From positions 132,751-156,750 of the forward strand of contig NZ_JAKGSG010000025.1 in assembly GCF_021568775.1 (NCBI RefSeq): DNA of 24,000 nt, given 5' to 3'. The translations under genes and the position numbers were made by a program. The notes beneath the pieces were generated by a model. It was not told the origin of the DNA, searched no databases, and saw only the letters and a program-made list of their open reading frames with translations. The DNA comes from Antribacter soli (GTDB lineage: Bacteria > Actinomycetota > Actinomycetes > Actinomycetales > Cellulomonadaceae). Positions 12,322-19,995 of this stretch are shown here, one piece after another. Every line of letters starts with the position of its first letter. Positions within the stretch are counted from its first letter, which is position 1.

Positions 12322-12780
12322 CTATGGCCGCAGCGCGCTCCAGACGGTTACGGCGCCCGAGTGGCCCGCGCGCACGACGAAGAAGGCCGCGGTGGCTGCC
12401 AGGAGCAGGACGAGACCGGAGAGCACAGAGGTCATGGCGCTGCCCCAGGCGCTTCCGACGAGTACCAGCACCAGGGCAAGCACGCTCAGCCCGACGGCGG
12501 AGGCAACCGCGGGGACACCCCAGCGCTCGTGCTGGGCGATCCTGGTCCGTTCCGCCTCGACGGCCACGTCGTAGCGCTCGGTCTTGAGCTTGTCCCCGCT
12601 GAACTTGGTCGCCACTGCGGCGAGGGGTGTGACGACGGCCAGGGCGATCACGGCCCAGTCGAGCACGCCGGACCAGGAGGAGACGGCGACGCGCGTCAGG
12701 CTGACGGCGATGAGCAGCGGTGTCAGGACCACGGAGGCGTGGACGACGAGCGGGTGCAGGGGCGGGATCTGAGCTGTCAT
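12322..12780 (-). CDS. Small integral membrane protein, DUF2231-like (4 predicted TM segments)
   Basis: The N-terminal IPPLHPLVVHASVVL resembles the HP-x-x-VH start of DUF2231 proteins, and four hydrophobic stretches follow. The ATG overlaps the MarR stop (ATGA at 12777-12780). Confidence 0.65.
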   Translation of the reverse strand: MTAQIPPLHPLVVHASVVLTPLLIAVSLTRVAVSSWSGVLDWAVIALAVVTPLAAVATKFSGDKLKTERYDVAVEAERTRIAQHERWGVPAVASAVGLSVLALVLVLVGSAWGSAMTSVLSGLVLLLAATAAFFVVRAGHSGAVTVWSALRP

Positions 12781-13277
12781 GTCAGGTCCGTTTCTCGGTG
12801 GTCGGGTGCGAGGGCCCCGTCCCCATCACGATCACCTTCCGGCGGCGTGAGGTTGTCGATCATCAGTCGGATCGTCTTCAGGAGGGCGTCTGCCTCGTCC
12901 GGATCCAGGCCGACGACGGCGGAGCGGTTGATCCCCCGTCCGATGCGGACGAGGTCGTCCTCGATCTTGCGGGCGCGGTCGGTGAGCCACACCTGCGCGC
13001 TGCGGCCGTCGTCGGGAGCCGGCGTCCTCGTGACGAGGCCGTCCCGTTCCATACGACGCAGCGTGTTGGCCATCGTCGCCTGCGCGATCTGCACCCGTGC
13101 GCACATCTCGCGCTGAGTGAGGCCGTCCTCTTCGAACAGGCAGAGCAGCGCCGGGAACTGTCCCGGAGTCACCCCGAACGGCGCGATCTGCACCCGAAGC
13201 GCGGCCTCGTAGACCCGGGCCAGGTGGTTCACCTGATAACCGAGCGACACCTGGCGAAACGACGGCCTCGCACCCAT
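12777..13277 (-). CDS. MarR-family transcriptional regulator
   Basis: Winged-helix core GVTPGQFPALLCLFEEDGLTQREMCARVQIAQATMANTLRRMERDGLVTR. GGAGGA lies 6 nt upstream of ATG 13277. Confidence 0.88.
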   Translation of the reverse strand: MGARPSFRQVSLGYQVNHLARVYEAALRVQIAPFGVTPGQFPALLCLFEEDGLTQREMCARVQIAQATMANTLRRMERDGLVTRTPAPDDGRSAQVWLTDRARKIEDDLVRIGRGINRSAVVGLDPDEADALLKTIRLMIDNLTPPEGDRDGDGALAPDHRETDLT

Positions 13278-13292
13278 CCCTGTCCTCCGAAT

Positions 13293-13312
13293 CTACATCG
13301 CTTGCTATGTAG
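13293..13312. promoter_or_regulatory. Inverted repeat CTACAT-N8-ATGTAG just upstream of the MarR SD; candidate MarR operator
   Basis: Read directly. A third ATGTAG copy is at 13360-13365. The repeat overlaps the stop codon (13305-13307) of the esterase ORF as it is assembled. Confidence 0.4.
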
Positions 13313-14357
13313 CGTAGCACGGGGCCATCCGGGGACCCGTCGGCCAGACAGACGCGACCATGTAGTTGTTCACGTTCTGGGCCGCAGCACGTGGACAAAA
13401 AAAAGGGGGGGGGTTGAAAGACGGCCCCCGGCCGGCCCGGGTGCTCTGCGTCGCCTTCCTGACGTGCTCGGCGATGAGCGCGTACGTCTCCCGGGCGGTG
13501 TCGACGTCGTTCATGTCGTAGGCGTGGTCCACCCCGGGGATGTCACGGTGGGTGACGAGGGCGCCCGCGTCGCGCAGCCGTCGTGCGTAGGCCGCACCCT
13601 CCTCGCGGAGCCGGTCCAGCTCGCAGGTCAGGACCACCGCCGGCGCGATGCCTGTCAGATCGGCGCTGTCACCCGCATGGGCCGGTGAGGCCAGGCGGTC
13701 GGCGCGCATCGCACGGTCCGGGATGTAGGCGCTGTCGAACACGTCGCCCATCCAGGGCATGAGCAGCGGCTTGACGGCCAGTGCCTCCTTGTCCCGTGCG
13801 GCGGTGACAAGGTCCAGCGGAGGGTAGTGGAGCACCTGGAGCGCGATGGCCGGGCCACCCTGCTCGAGGGCCTGGCGTGCCACGGCCGCCGCGAGCGCCC
13901 CGCCCGCGCTCTGGCCGCCGACCGTGAGCCGCGTCCCGTCCCAGCCGTGGGTGTCCCCGGAGTCGGCGACCCACCGCACGACGTCGTAGGCCTGGTGCGG
14001 CGGCGCGGGGAACCGGTGCTGCGGCGCGACGGCGTAGTCGACGTTGACGACGACCACTCCCGCCTCCGCCGCGAGGTACCGGCACAGCGGGTCGTCGATC
14101 TCCACGTCGTTCATGACGAACCCGCCGCCGTGGAAGTTGACGTGCACCGGCGGGTTCGGGGCGTGGTCGACGGGCCGGTAGACGAACGCCCTCGCCGGGC
14201 CGATCGAGGTCGGAACGCTGATCTCCTCGACCTCTGCGCGGTACTCGGCGAGCGGCGCCTCCTTGCCGCGACTGGCCAGCCGGCGACCGGCCAGTGCCAG
14301 GCGCTGCATCCCGAGCGCCACCGCCGAGGCCACGTACACATTGCTGAGAGCGGACAT
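13305..14357 (-). CDS. Alpha/beta-hydrolase esterase/lipase, hormone-sensitive-lipase family (family IV)
   Basis: ATG 14357 is preceded by AAGGAAGAGGAG. It has the oxyanion motif HGGGF, the nucleophile elbow GQSAGG, and a downstream Asp (CELDRL) and His (GVDHAY). The 3' end is uncertain because the frame runs through the C9T8 tract (see findings). The 190 aa upstream in the raw ORF are rejected. Confidence 0.85.
   Translation of the reverse strand: MSALSNVYVASAVALGMQRLALAGRRLASRGKEAPLAEYRAEVEEISVPTSIGPARAFVYRPVDHAPNPPVHVNFHGGGFVMNDVEIDDPLCRYLAAEAGVVVVNVDYAVAPQHRFPAPPHQAYDVVRWVADSGDTHGWDGTRLTVGGQSAGGALAAAVARQALEQGGPAIALQVLHYPPLDLVTAARDKEALAVKPLLMPWMGDVFDSAYIPDRAMRADRLASPAHAGDSADLTGIAPAVVLTCELDRLREEGAAYARRLRDAGALVTHRDIPGVDHAYDMNDVDTARETYALIAEHVRKATQSTRAGRGPSFNPPPFFCPRAAAQNVNNYMVASVWPTGPRMAPCYAT
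13397..13413. repeat. Back-to-back homopolymer tract A8G9 (C9T8 on the coding minus strand)
   Basis: Read directly: gtggacAAAAAAAAGGGGGGGGGttgaaag. It is translated as N-P-P-P-F-F in the esterase ORF. Confidence 0.95.
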
Positions 14358-14378
14358 CTCCTCTTCCTTTCCCGGGGG

Positions 14379-14398
14379 GGCCGGCGTCGTCGCCGGCC
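14379..14398 (-). terminator. Intercistronic hairpin (8-bp perfect GC stem, loop TCGT) between the monooxygenase and esterase genes
   Basis: GGCCGGCG-tcgt-CGCCGGCC lies 9 nt after the monooxygenase stop. On the minus strand it is followed by C5GGGAAAGGAAGAGGAG-ATG, with no U-tract. Confidence 0.35.
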
Positions 14399-14406
14399 AC
14401 GGTGCG

Positions 14407-15645
14407 TCAGTAGCGGTAGACGGTCTGCGCGGTGTGCACACCACGCGGCCCATAGGGCGCCTTCTCGAGCCAGGTGGACGCGGCCTCGTCCTCCGGGGCG
14501 CGATCGGCGGCGGCCCGGACCTCTGCGGCCTTCTCGGGCGAGGGGCGCAGGTGCGCCAGCGCCTCCCCCGCGGCGTCGCGGTTGAACAGCGCTGCGGACC
14601 GGCGGGCCCGGGCGAACGACTCCACGGCCGTGCGAGCGGACGCCCTCGCGCCCGCCGCGAGCGCGAGGACGACGGCCGACGCCGCCGCCTCGGCGTCGGG
14701 CACGCCCGAGTTGAGGCCCCGCGCGCCGAACGGCGCGAACAGGTGGGCCGCCTCCCCGACGAGCAGCACCCGGCGGGCCGGGTCGGCGAAGTCGTGCGCG
14801 ACGAGCTGGAGGAACTGGTACGTCGACACCCACGAGGTGCGCTCCGAGTACCCGGGCGGGAGCACCGCGTCGAGCCACTCCTGCACCCCGTCCGGCGAGG
14901 CGAGCTTGTCCGGGTCGTCGCCGTCGACAAGCTGCAGGTCGACCCGCCATCCTCCGGCGAACGGCACGATGAGGACGTTGCGGCCGTCGACCGCCGGGTG
15001 GGCGTAGTGGAAGTGCCGCTCCTGCGCCAGCGTCGGCTGCTCGAGCTCGTCGACGTCCACGACGATGTACCAGCCGTCGTCGCGCCCGCCCTCCATCCGG
15101 GTGCCGATCTGCTTGCGCACGGCCGAGCGCGAACCGTCCGCGGCGATCACGTACTGCGCCTGCCAGCGGTCCCCGCCGAGGGTGGTGAGCCGCACCCCGT
15201 CGTCGTCGGCGACGACCTCGTCGACCTCCTGCTCCCAGGCGAACTCGACCCCCGCGGCGACCGCCCGCTCGTAGAGGTATCGCTCGATCTGCACCTGCGG
15301 CAGGCTCGTGAAGTGCGGGTACGTCCCCGGCGCGGGGTCGGGATAGGTCTTGGCGTAGACCTCCTTGCCCTCGTAGAACGTGCGCTGGGTGTTCCAGTAG
15401 ACGCCGTGCTCGTACAGCTCGGCGCCGAGCCCGGGGCTGAGCCGGTCGAGGATCTGCAGCGTCTGGCTGTGCGTGAAGATCGCGCGGCTGCCCGGGCGCT
15501 GACGCCCCTGTGGCCCTGCCTCCAGGACGGTCACCGGGCGGCCGAAGGACCGCAGTGCCAGGGCCGCGACCAGGCCGACCGGCCCCGCGCCCACGACGAG
15601 CGTCTCGCGCTCGCGGACCTCGCCCCGCTCAGGCGTGCTGTTCAT
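14407..15645 (-). CDS. FAD-dependent (class A, PHBH-fold) aromatic-type monooxygenase
   Basis: Dinucleotide fold LVVGAGPVGLVAALAL, the DG motif IAADGSRSAVRKQIG, and the GD-type motif GEAAHLFAPFGARGLNSGVPDA. The ATG overlaps the upstream gene by 17 nt. Confidence 0.85.
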   Translation of the reverse strand: MNSTPERGEVRERETLVVGAGPVGLVAALALRSFGRPVTVLEAGPQGRQRPGSRAIFTHSQTLQILDRLSPGLGAELYEHGVYWNTQRTFYEGKEVYAKTYPDPAPGTYPHFTSLPQVQIERYLYERAVAAGVEFAWEQEVDEVVADDDGVRLTTLGGDRWQAQYVIAADGSRSAVRKQIGTRMEGGRDDGWYIVVDVDELEQPTLAQERHFHYAHPAVDGRNVLIVPFAGGWRVDLQLVDGDDPDKLASPDGVQEWLDAVLPPGYSERTSWVSTYQFLQLVAHDFADPARRVLLVGEAAHLFAPFGARGLNSGVPDAEAAASAVVLALAAGARASARTAVESFARARRSAALFNRDAAGEALAHLRPSPEKAAEVRAAADRAPEDEAASTWLEKAPYGPRGVHTAQTVYRY

Positions 15646-17755
15646 GGTTCTCCTCTTCTGGGGTCCGGACGACGACGACGGCGTCCAGGACGACCGGACC
15701 GCGGGCCGTGACCCGCACCGGGTTGAGATCGATCTCGGTGACGTCGTGATGCTGCGTGAGCACGTCGCTCACGGCGAGCAGGGTGGTCGCGAGCGCCGCG
15801 CGGTCCACGGGTGGCGCCCCCCGGAAACCGTCGAGCACTGCTGCGGGCAGCGCGTCGACCATCTCGGCGGCGCGCTCGGCGGACAGCGGCGCGAGCCGCA
15901 GCACGGGCTCGGAGCCCGGGCCGCCGGCGAGCTCTACCCCGACGCCGCCGAGGCCGAGCAGGACGACGGGCCCGAAGACCGCGTCGCGGACCCCGCCGAC
16001 GATGAGCTCGGTGCCTCGCGGCGCCTGCTCCTCGACGAGGTAGCGGCGCCCGGCGGTCCGGCCGTCGATCGCGTCGATCGCGTCGAGGGCCGCGTCGAGC
16101 TCCGCGTGGCTGCGGACCCCGACGTGGACGCCGCCGACGTCGGACTTGTGCAGCACCGCCGCGTCGAGGACCTTGACGACCACGGGAGCGTCCGGGCCGC
16201 CGAGCTCGTCGAGGCCGTCGTGGGCGGCGTCCCGGTCCGCGACCGCCCGCCGGCGCATGGTGCGCAGGCCGTGGGCCTCGAAGAGCGCCTTGGCCTCGTC
16301 CTCGTCCAGCACGCGCCCGATCGTCCGCGTGGCGGTGACGGCCGGTGCGTCGGGCACGGCGCGGGCGGCGGCGTCGCTGACCAGCGCGGCCAGGCCGACG
16401 GCGAGGTCGCCGGGGCTGGAGTACAGCGGGACGCCGATCTCGTCCAGCCGCGCCTGGTGCCGCTCGACCGCCGAGGCGGGCCCGCCGGTCGCGTAGAGCA
16501 CCCGGCCGGCGGCTCCCCCGACGGCGGTCACCGGGTCCAGGACGCCGGGCTCGTCGAGCGCGTACACCCCGATCGCGGCGATCCCGGGCTCGGCGGCGAT
16601 GGTGCGCAGCACGGCGGGGAACGTCTCGGAGGGCCGCCCGGTGTCGACCGGGTTGCGCTGGTAGGTCAGCGGGGGCAGCAGCTCCCCGAGCAGGTCGAGG
16701 GTCGCGGGCGCGAGCTCGGGGACCCGCACGCCCCGGACGCCGAGCGCGTCGGCGACGACGAGGCCGGGCCCGGCCTGACCGGTGAGCACCGCGACGCCGG
16801 TCGCGGACCGGGGCGCGGCGGGCAGCCGCACGGACCGCAGCGCCTGGAGGGCGGCGACCATCTCGTCGAGGCTGTCGACGACGACGGCTCCCGCCTGCGC
16901 GAGGGCGGCGCGGGTCAGCGCGTAGGAGCCGGTGAGCGACCCCGTGTGTGACTTGGCGAAGTCGCCGACGTCCGAGCGCCCGACCTTGAAGGCGACCACC
17001 GGCTTGCGGGCCGTGACCCGGCGCAGGGCCTCGACGACCGCGCCGCCGTCGGCGATGCCCTCGACGTGCAGGCCGACGGCGGTGGTCGCGTCGTCCTCCG
17101 CGTAGAAGTCGAGCATCTGCGCGAAGCCGACGTCGGCCGCGTTGCCCAGCCCCACGCCGAGGCGCAGGCCGATGCCGGCGCGGTCGAGGAGGAAGGCGAT
17201 CGCGAGGTTGACGCCGCCGGACTGGGCGACGATCCCGACCGTCCCGGGCCGCAGCCCGGCGGCCGCGGGCATGAAGTTCGCGAACACGCCGTCGACGGGG
17301 TTCATGAAGCCGGACGTGTTCGGGCCGAGCAGCCGGACACCTCCGCGCCGCGCCGCCTCGACGGCCTGCTCCTGCAGGTCGTGGCCCTCGGGGCCGCTCT
17401 CGGCGAAGCCGCCCGCGCACACGACGGCGGCACGCACCCCGGCCGCCGCGGCCTGCTCGATCGCGCCGGGGACGACCTGCGGCGGGACGACCAGGACGGC
17501 GAGATCCACCGGGCCCGGGAGCTCACCCAGGCCGGTCAGCGCGGTGCGGCCGAGCACGGTGCCGCCGCGGGGGTTGATCGGGAAGAGTTCCCCGTCGAAG
17601 CCGTCGAGCGCCTGCATCATGGCGTGCCCGGCCTTGTCGGGGCTGGCCGAGGCGCCGATCACCGCGATGCTGCGCGGTCGCAGCAGGGCGTCCAGCGGGT
17701 GCGCGGAGCGTGCGGACGAGCCGAGGGGCGCCTCACCGGCGCGCGTGGCGGTCAT
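15629..17755 (-). CDS. ADP(NDP)-forming acyl-CoA synthetase, fused alpha/beta type (CoA-binding, succinyl-CoA-ligase-like and ATP-grasp domains)
   Basis: N-terminal CoA-binding region RSIAVIGAS…PDKAGH…PINP, central ligase-CoA region (GPNTSGF, IVAQSGG) and C-terminal ATP-grasp region (PVVVKV…HKSDVGGV). The ATG overlaps the FAH stop (ATGA at 17752-17755). Confidence 0.85.
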   Translation of the reverse strand: MTATRAGEAPLGSSARSAHPLDALLRPRSIAVIGASASPDKAGHAMMQALDGFDGELFPINPRGGTVLGRTALTGLGELPGPVDLAVLVVPPQVVPGAIEQAAAAGVRAAVVCAGGFAESGPEGHDLQEQAVEAARRGGVRLLGPNTSGFMNPVDGVFANFMPAAAGLRPGTVGIVAQSGGVNLAIAFLLDRAGIGLRLGVGLGNAADVGFAQMLDFYAEDDATTAVGLHVEGIADGGAVVEALRRVTARKPVVAFKVGRSDVGDFAKSHTGSLTGSYALTRAALAQAGAVVVDSLDEMVAALQALRSVRLPAAPRSATGVAVLTGQAGPGLVVADALGVRGVRVPELAPATLDLLGELLPPLTYQRNPVDTGRPSETFPAVLRTIAAEPGIAAIGVYALDEPGVLDPVTAVGGAAGRVLYATGGPASAVERHQARLDEIGVPLYSSPGDLAVGLAALVSDAAARAVPDAPAVTATRTIGRVLDEDEAKALFEAHGLRTMRRRAVADRDAAHDGLDELGGPDAPVVVKVLDAAVLHKSDVGGVHVGVRSHAELDAALDAIDAIDGRTAGRRYLVEEQAPRGTELIVGGVRDAVFGPVVLLGLGGVGVELAGGPGSEPVLRLAPLSAERAAEMVDALPAAVLDGFRGAPPVDRAALATTLLAVSDVLTQHHDVTEIDLNPVRVTARGPVVLDAVVVVRTPEEENHEQHA

Positions 17756-18612
17756 CGTGCGCCCGGGCGACGCCCGTAGGGGATCGCCCCCTCGTCGGTC
17801 ACCGGGACGTCGAGCCGGCCGAGCCGGTCGATCTCGACCACCACGCGCTGCCCCGCAGCGATCGGACCGACGCCCGCGGGGGTGCCCGTCGCGATGACGT
17901 CGCCGGGGTACAGGGTCATGACGTGGCTGGTGTAGGCGACGAGCTCGGCGACGTCGAAGATCAGCTCCTTGGTGCGCACCTGCTGACGCAGCTCACCACC
18001 CACCCAGCAGCGCAGCTCCAGGTCGCCGGGGTCGCCGACCTCGTCGGCTGTGGTGATCCAGGGGCCGAGCGGCGTGAACGTGTCGAACGACTTGCGGGTC
18101 GAGCGGTCCTCGGTGGACCGGACGGTGATGTCCAGGGTCGGGGCGTAACCGAGCACGTGGTCGAGGGCGTCGGCGACGTCCACGCGGCTGGCCGTCTTTC
18201 CGATGACGACGGCGAGCTCCCCCTCCTGGTCGGTACGCACGTCGCTGTACGGCAACCGGATCGAGTCGTCGGGGCCGATGACCGAGGAGTTCGCCTTGAG
18301 GAACACCCCGTACTCGGCGATCGTCTTCTGCTCGCCCATCTCGGCCTTGTGGTCGAGGTAGTTGACCGGAGCGCCGACCACCTTGCCCGGCCGGGCGATC
18401 GGCGCGGCGAGGCGAGCGCCGTCGAGCGGGCGGGTGGGCAGCCCCTCGAGCGGCAGGGCGGTGAGCTCGGCGAGGGTTCCGCCGCGTTCGAGGAACGCGA
18501 GCAGCGGACCGCCCGCGCCGGCCCCCGCGACCCCCAGGGCATCGGTCAGGTCGACGAGACGGTCGCCCACGACAGTGTGCAGGCGTGCGTCGACGGTGCT
18601 GGCTAACCTCAT
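17752..18612 (-). CDS. Fumarylacetoacetate hydrolase (FAH)-family hydrolase/hydratase/isomerase
   Basis: ATG 18612 lies 10 nt after AAGGAG. The FAH core motifs are present: GAPVNY, DQEGELAVVIGK, KSFDTFTPLGPW, LYPGDVIATGTPAGVG. The first 12 aa of the raw ORF are rejected. Confidence 0.88.
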   Translation of the reverse strand: MRLASTVDARLHTVVGDRLVDLTDALGVAGAGAGGPLLAFLERGGTLAELTALPLEGLPTRPLDGARLAAPIARPGKVVGAPVNYLDHKAEMGEQKTIAEYGVFLKANSSVIGPDDSIRLPYSDVRTDQEGELAVVIGKTASRVDVADALDHVLGYAPTLDITVRSTEDRSTRKSFDTFTPLGPWITTADEVGDPGDLELRCWVGGELRQQVRTKELIFDVAELVAYTSHVMTLYPGDVIATGTPAGVGPIAAGQRVVVEIDRLGRLDVPVTDEGAIPYGRRPGAR

Positions 18613-18637
18613 CGTCAGTTTGCTCCTTGGAACGGCA

Positions 18638-18650
18638 TTGTGTGACACAA
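18638..18650. promoter_or_regulatory. 13-bp perfect palindrome TTGTGT-G-ACACAA in the divergent promoter region; candidate PaaX-family operator
   Basis: For the regulator gene it overlaps a candidate -35 (TGACAC 18643-18648, 18-nt spacer, TAAGAT 18667-18672). For the FAH operon it lies just downstream of a candidate promoter: TTGACA (18679-18674), 18-nt spacer, AATAGT (18655-18650). It is flanked by a direct repeat GAACGGC (starting at about 18629 and 18658). Confidence 0.5.
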
Positions 18651-18710
18651 CTATTGGCGAACGGCGTAAGATATGTCAAGTATCGAGCGAGGACCACAGG
18701 AAGGTCGCCC

Positions 18711-19616
18711 ATGACGAAGGTGCCCGGCGGGGAGCACCCCCGCCTGCCCCGCACACGCCAGGGCTCGCCGCCGAGCCTGCTGCTGACCCTGCTCGGCGAC
18801 TACTGGTGGGGGCACGCCGAGCCGCTGCCCTCCGCCGCCCTCGTCGAGCTGCTCGCCGACTTCGGGGTCAGCGACGTCGCCGCCCGCGCCGCGCTGAGCC
18901 GGATGGTCAAGCACGGCCTGCTCGCGACCACGCGCTCCGGCCGGAACACCTTCCATGCGCTCACGCCGCGCGCACAGGAGGTGCTGGGCAGCGGCGCCGC
19001 CCGGATCTTCAGCTTCGGCGCCGACGACGGCGCACCCTGGGACGGCCGCTGGAGCGTCGTCGCGTTCTCCGTGCGCGAGGCCAACCGGTCGGTCCGCGAG
19101 GCGTTGCGCACGCGCCTGCGCTGGCTGGGCTTCGCGCCGCTCTACGACGCGCTGTGGGTCTCCCCCCGCGAGCACCACGCCGAGGCGCTCGCCGAGCTGG
19201 TCGACCTCGGGGTCGCGGCGGCCACCGCCTTCGTGGCGACCGCGCCCGACCTGCCCGCGAGCGTGCCCCCGCAGAGCGCCTGGGACCTCGACGGCCTCGC
19301 CGCGGTGTACGAGGAGTTCGTCGACGCCTGGGAGCCGGTCCACGCAGCGCTCGGCCGGGGCACGATCGACCCGGTGGACGCGCTCGTGCGCCGCACCGAG
19401 CTCATGGACGCCTGGCGCGCGTTCCCCGGCCTCGACCCCGACCTGCCGACGTCGCTCCTGCCGGCGGGCTGGCCCCGGCCGCAGGCCCGCAACCTGTTCC
19501 TCGACACCTACGAGCGGCTCGGCGTGCCCGCCTCGGCACGCGTGCGCGAGGTCATCGCCCGCCACGCGCCCGAGCTCGCCGACAACCTGGCTCCGCAAGG
19601 CCCGCTCGTCAGCTGA
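18711..19616 (+). CDS. PaaX-family transcriptional regulator
   Basis: ATG 18711 lies 6 nt after AGGAAGG. The N-terminal wHTH region SLLLTLLGDYWW…LPSAALVELLADFGVSDVAARAALSRMVKHGLL and the C-terminal PaaX-type domain (WDGRWSVVAFSV…RLRWLGFAPLYDALWVSP) are both present. Confidence 0.85.
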   Translation: MTKVPGGEHPRLPRTRQGSPPSLLLTLLGDYWWGHAEPLPSAALVELLADFGVSDVAARAALSRMVKHGLLATTRSGRNTFHALTPRAQEVLGSGAARIFSFGADDGAPWDGRWSVVAFSVREANRSVREALRTRLRWLGFAPLYDALWVSPREHHAEALAELVDLGVAAATAFVATAPDLPASVPPQSAWDLDGLAAVYEEFVDAWEPVHAALGRGTIDPVDALVRRTELMDAWRAFPGLDPDLPTSLLPAGWPRPQARNLFLDTYERLGVPASARVREVIARHAPELADNLAPQGPLVS

Positions 19617-19995
19617 GCGGCCCGTCCGCGAGCGCTGCCCGCAGTTCCGCCGGCACCGCGCACGGAAGGCCGTCGTCGTCCACGTGGACGCAGGTGGTCG
19701 AGCCCTCGATGCAGCTCACGCCATCCTTGAGCACCCGCCACGCGTAGGTGATCGACGTCCGGCCGACGGCCGACGCCGCGATCTCGACGACGACCTCGTC
19801 GCCGAAGTGCAGCGGGCCGACGAAGTCCACCTCGATCCGGCGGCGCGGGAACCGCGTGAGCTCGGGCGAGCCGAGCGCGCGGAGCAGCTGGTGCTCCGCG
19901 CGCTCGGCCCAGCGCAGGGCCGCCGTGTGGTGGATGCGCCCGCCCGCGTCCGTGTCGACGAACTCGACACGGACCGGCTCACGGTGCGAGGGCAT
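19609..19995 (-). CDS. Hotdog-fold acyl-CoA thioesterase, 4-hydroxybenzoyl-CoA thioesterase (4HBT/YbgC) type
   Basis: 128 aa, with the N-terminal catalytic-Asp region VEFVDTDAGGRIHHTAALRW typical of 4HBT-type thioesterases. Its start overlaps the SDR gene by 17 nt. Its 3' end overlaps the convergent PaaX-family gene by 8 nt. Confidence 0.75.
   Translation of the reverse strand: MPSHREPVRVEFVDTDAGGRIHHTAALRWAERAEHQLLRALGSPELTRFPRRRIEVDFVGPLHFGDEVVVEIAASAVGRTSITYAWRVLKDGVSCIEGSTTCVHVDDDGLPCAVPAELRAALADGPLS

Noticed and set aside
12322-13277. MarR + small protein pair with an ATGA overlap considered as a toxin-antitoxin or defence-type two-gene module
   Set aside because: The upstream gene is a full-length MarR wHTH regulator and the downstream product is a 4-TM DUF2231-like membrane protein. 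Neither resembles known toxin, antitoxin or defence families.
13380-13440. C9T8 tract plus upstream G5 read as a classical rho-independent terminator of the esterase gene
   Set aside because: Only a 5-bp GGGGG/CCCCC stem with an 11-nt loop can form, and the ORF as assembled reads through it. It is mentioned as one alternative in the homopolymer finding, not annotated as a terminator.
14358-14930. Upstream 190 aa of the 541-aa ORF containing the esterase
   Set aside because: It overlaps the monooxygenase 3' region out of frame and is a Pro/Arg/Ser-rich translation. The esterase has its own SD and an ATG at 14357.
15642-17420. 592-aa Arg-rich ORF on the minus strand, and plus-strand ORFs (15635-16951, 17066-17897), across the ADP-forming synthetase gene
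   Set aside because: They are alternative-frame or antisense artefacts, with roughly one residue in three being Arg. The 15629-17755 frame carries the domain motifs.
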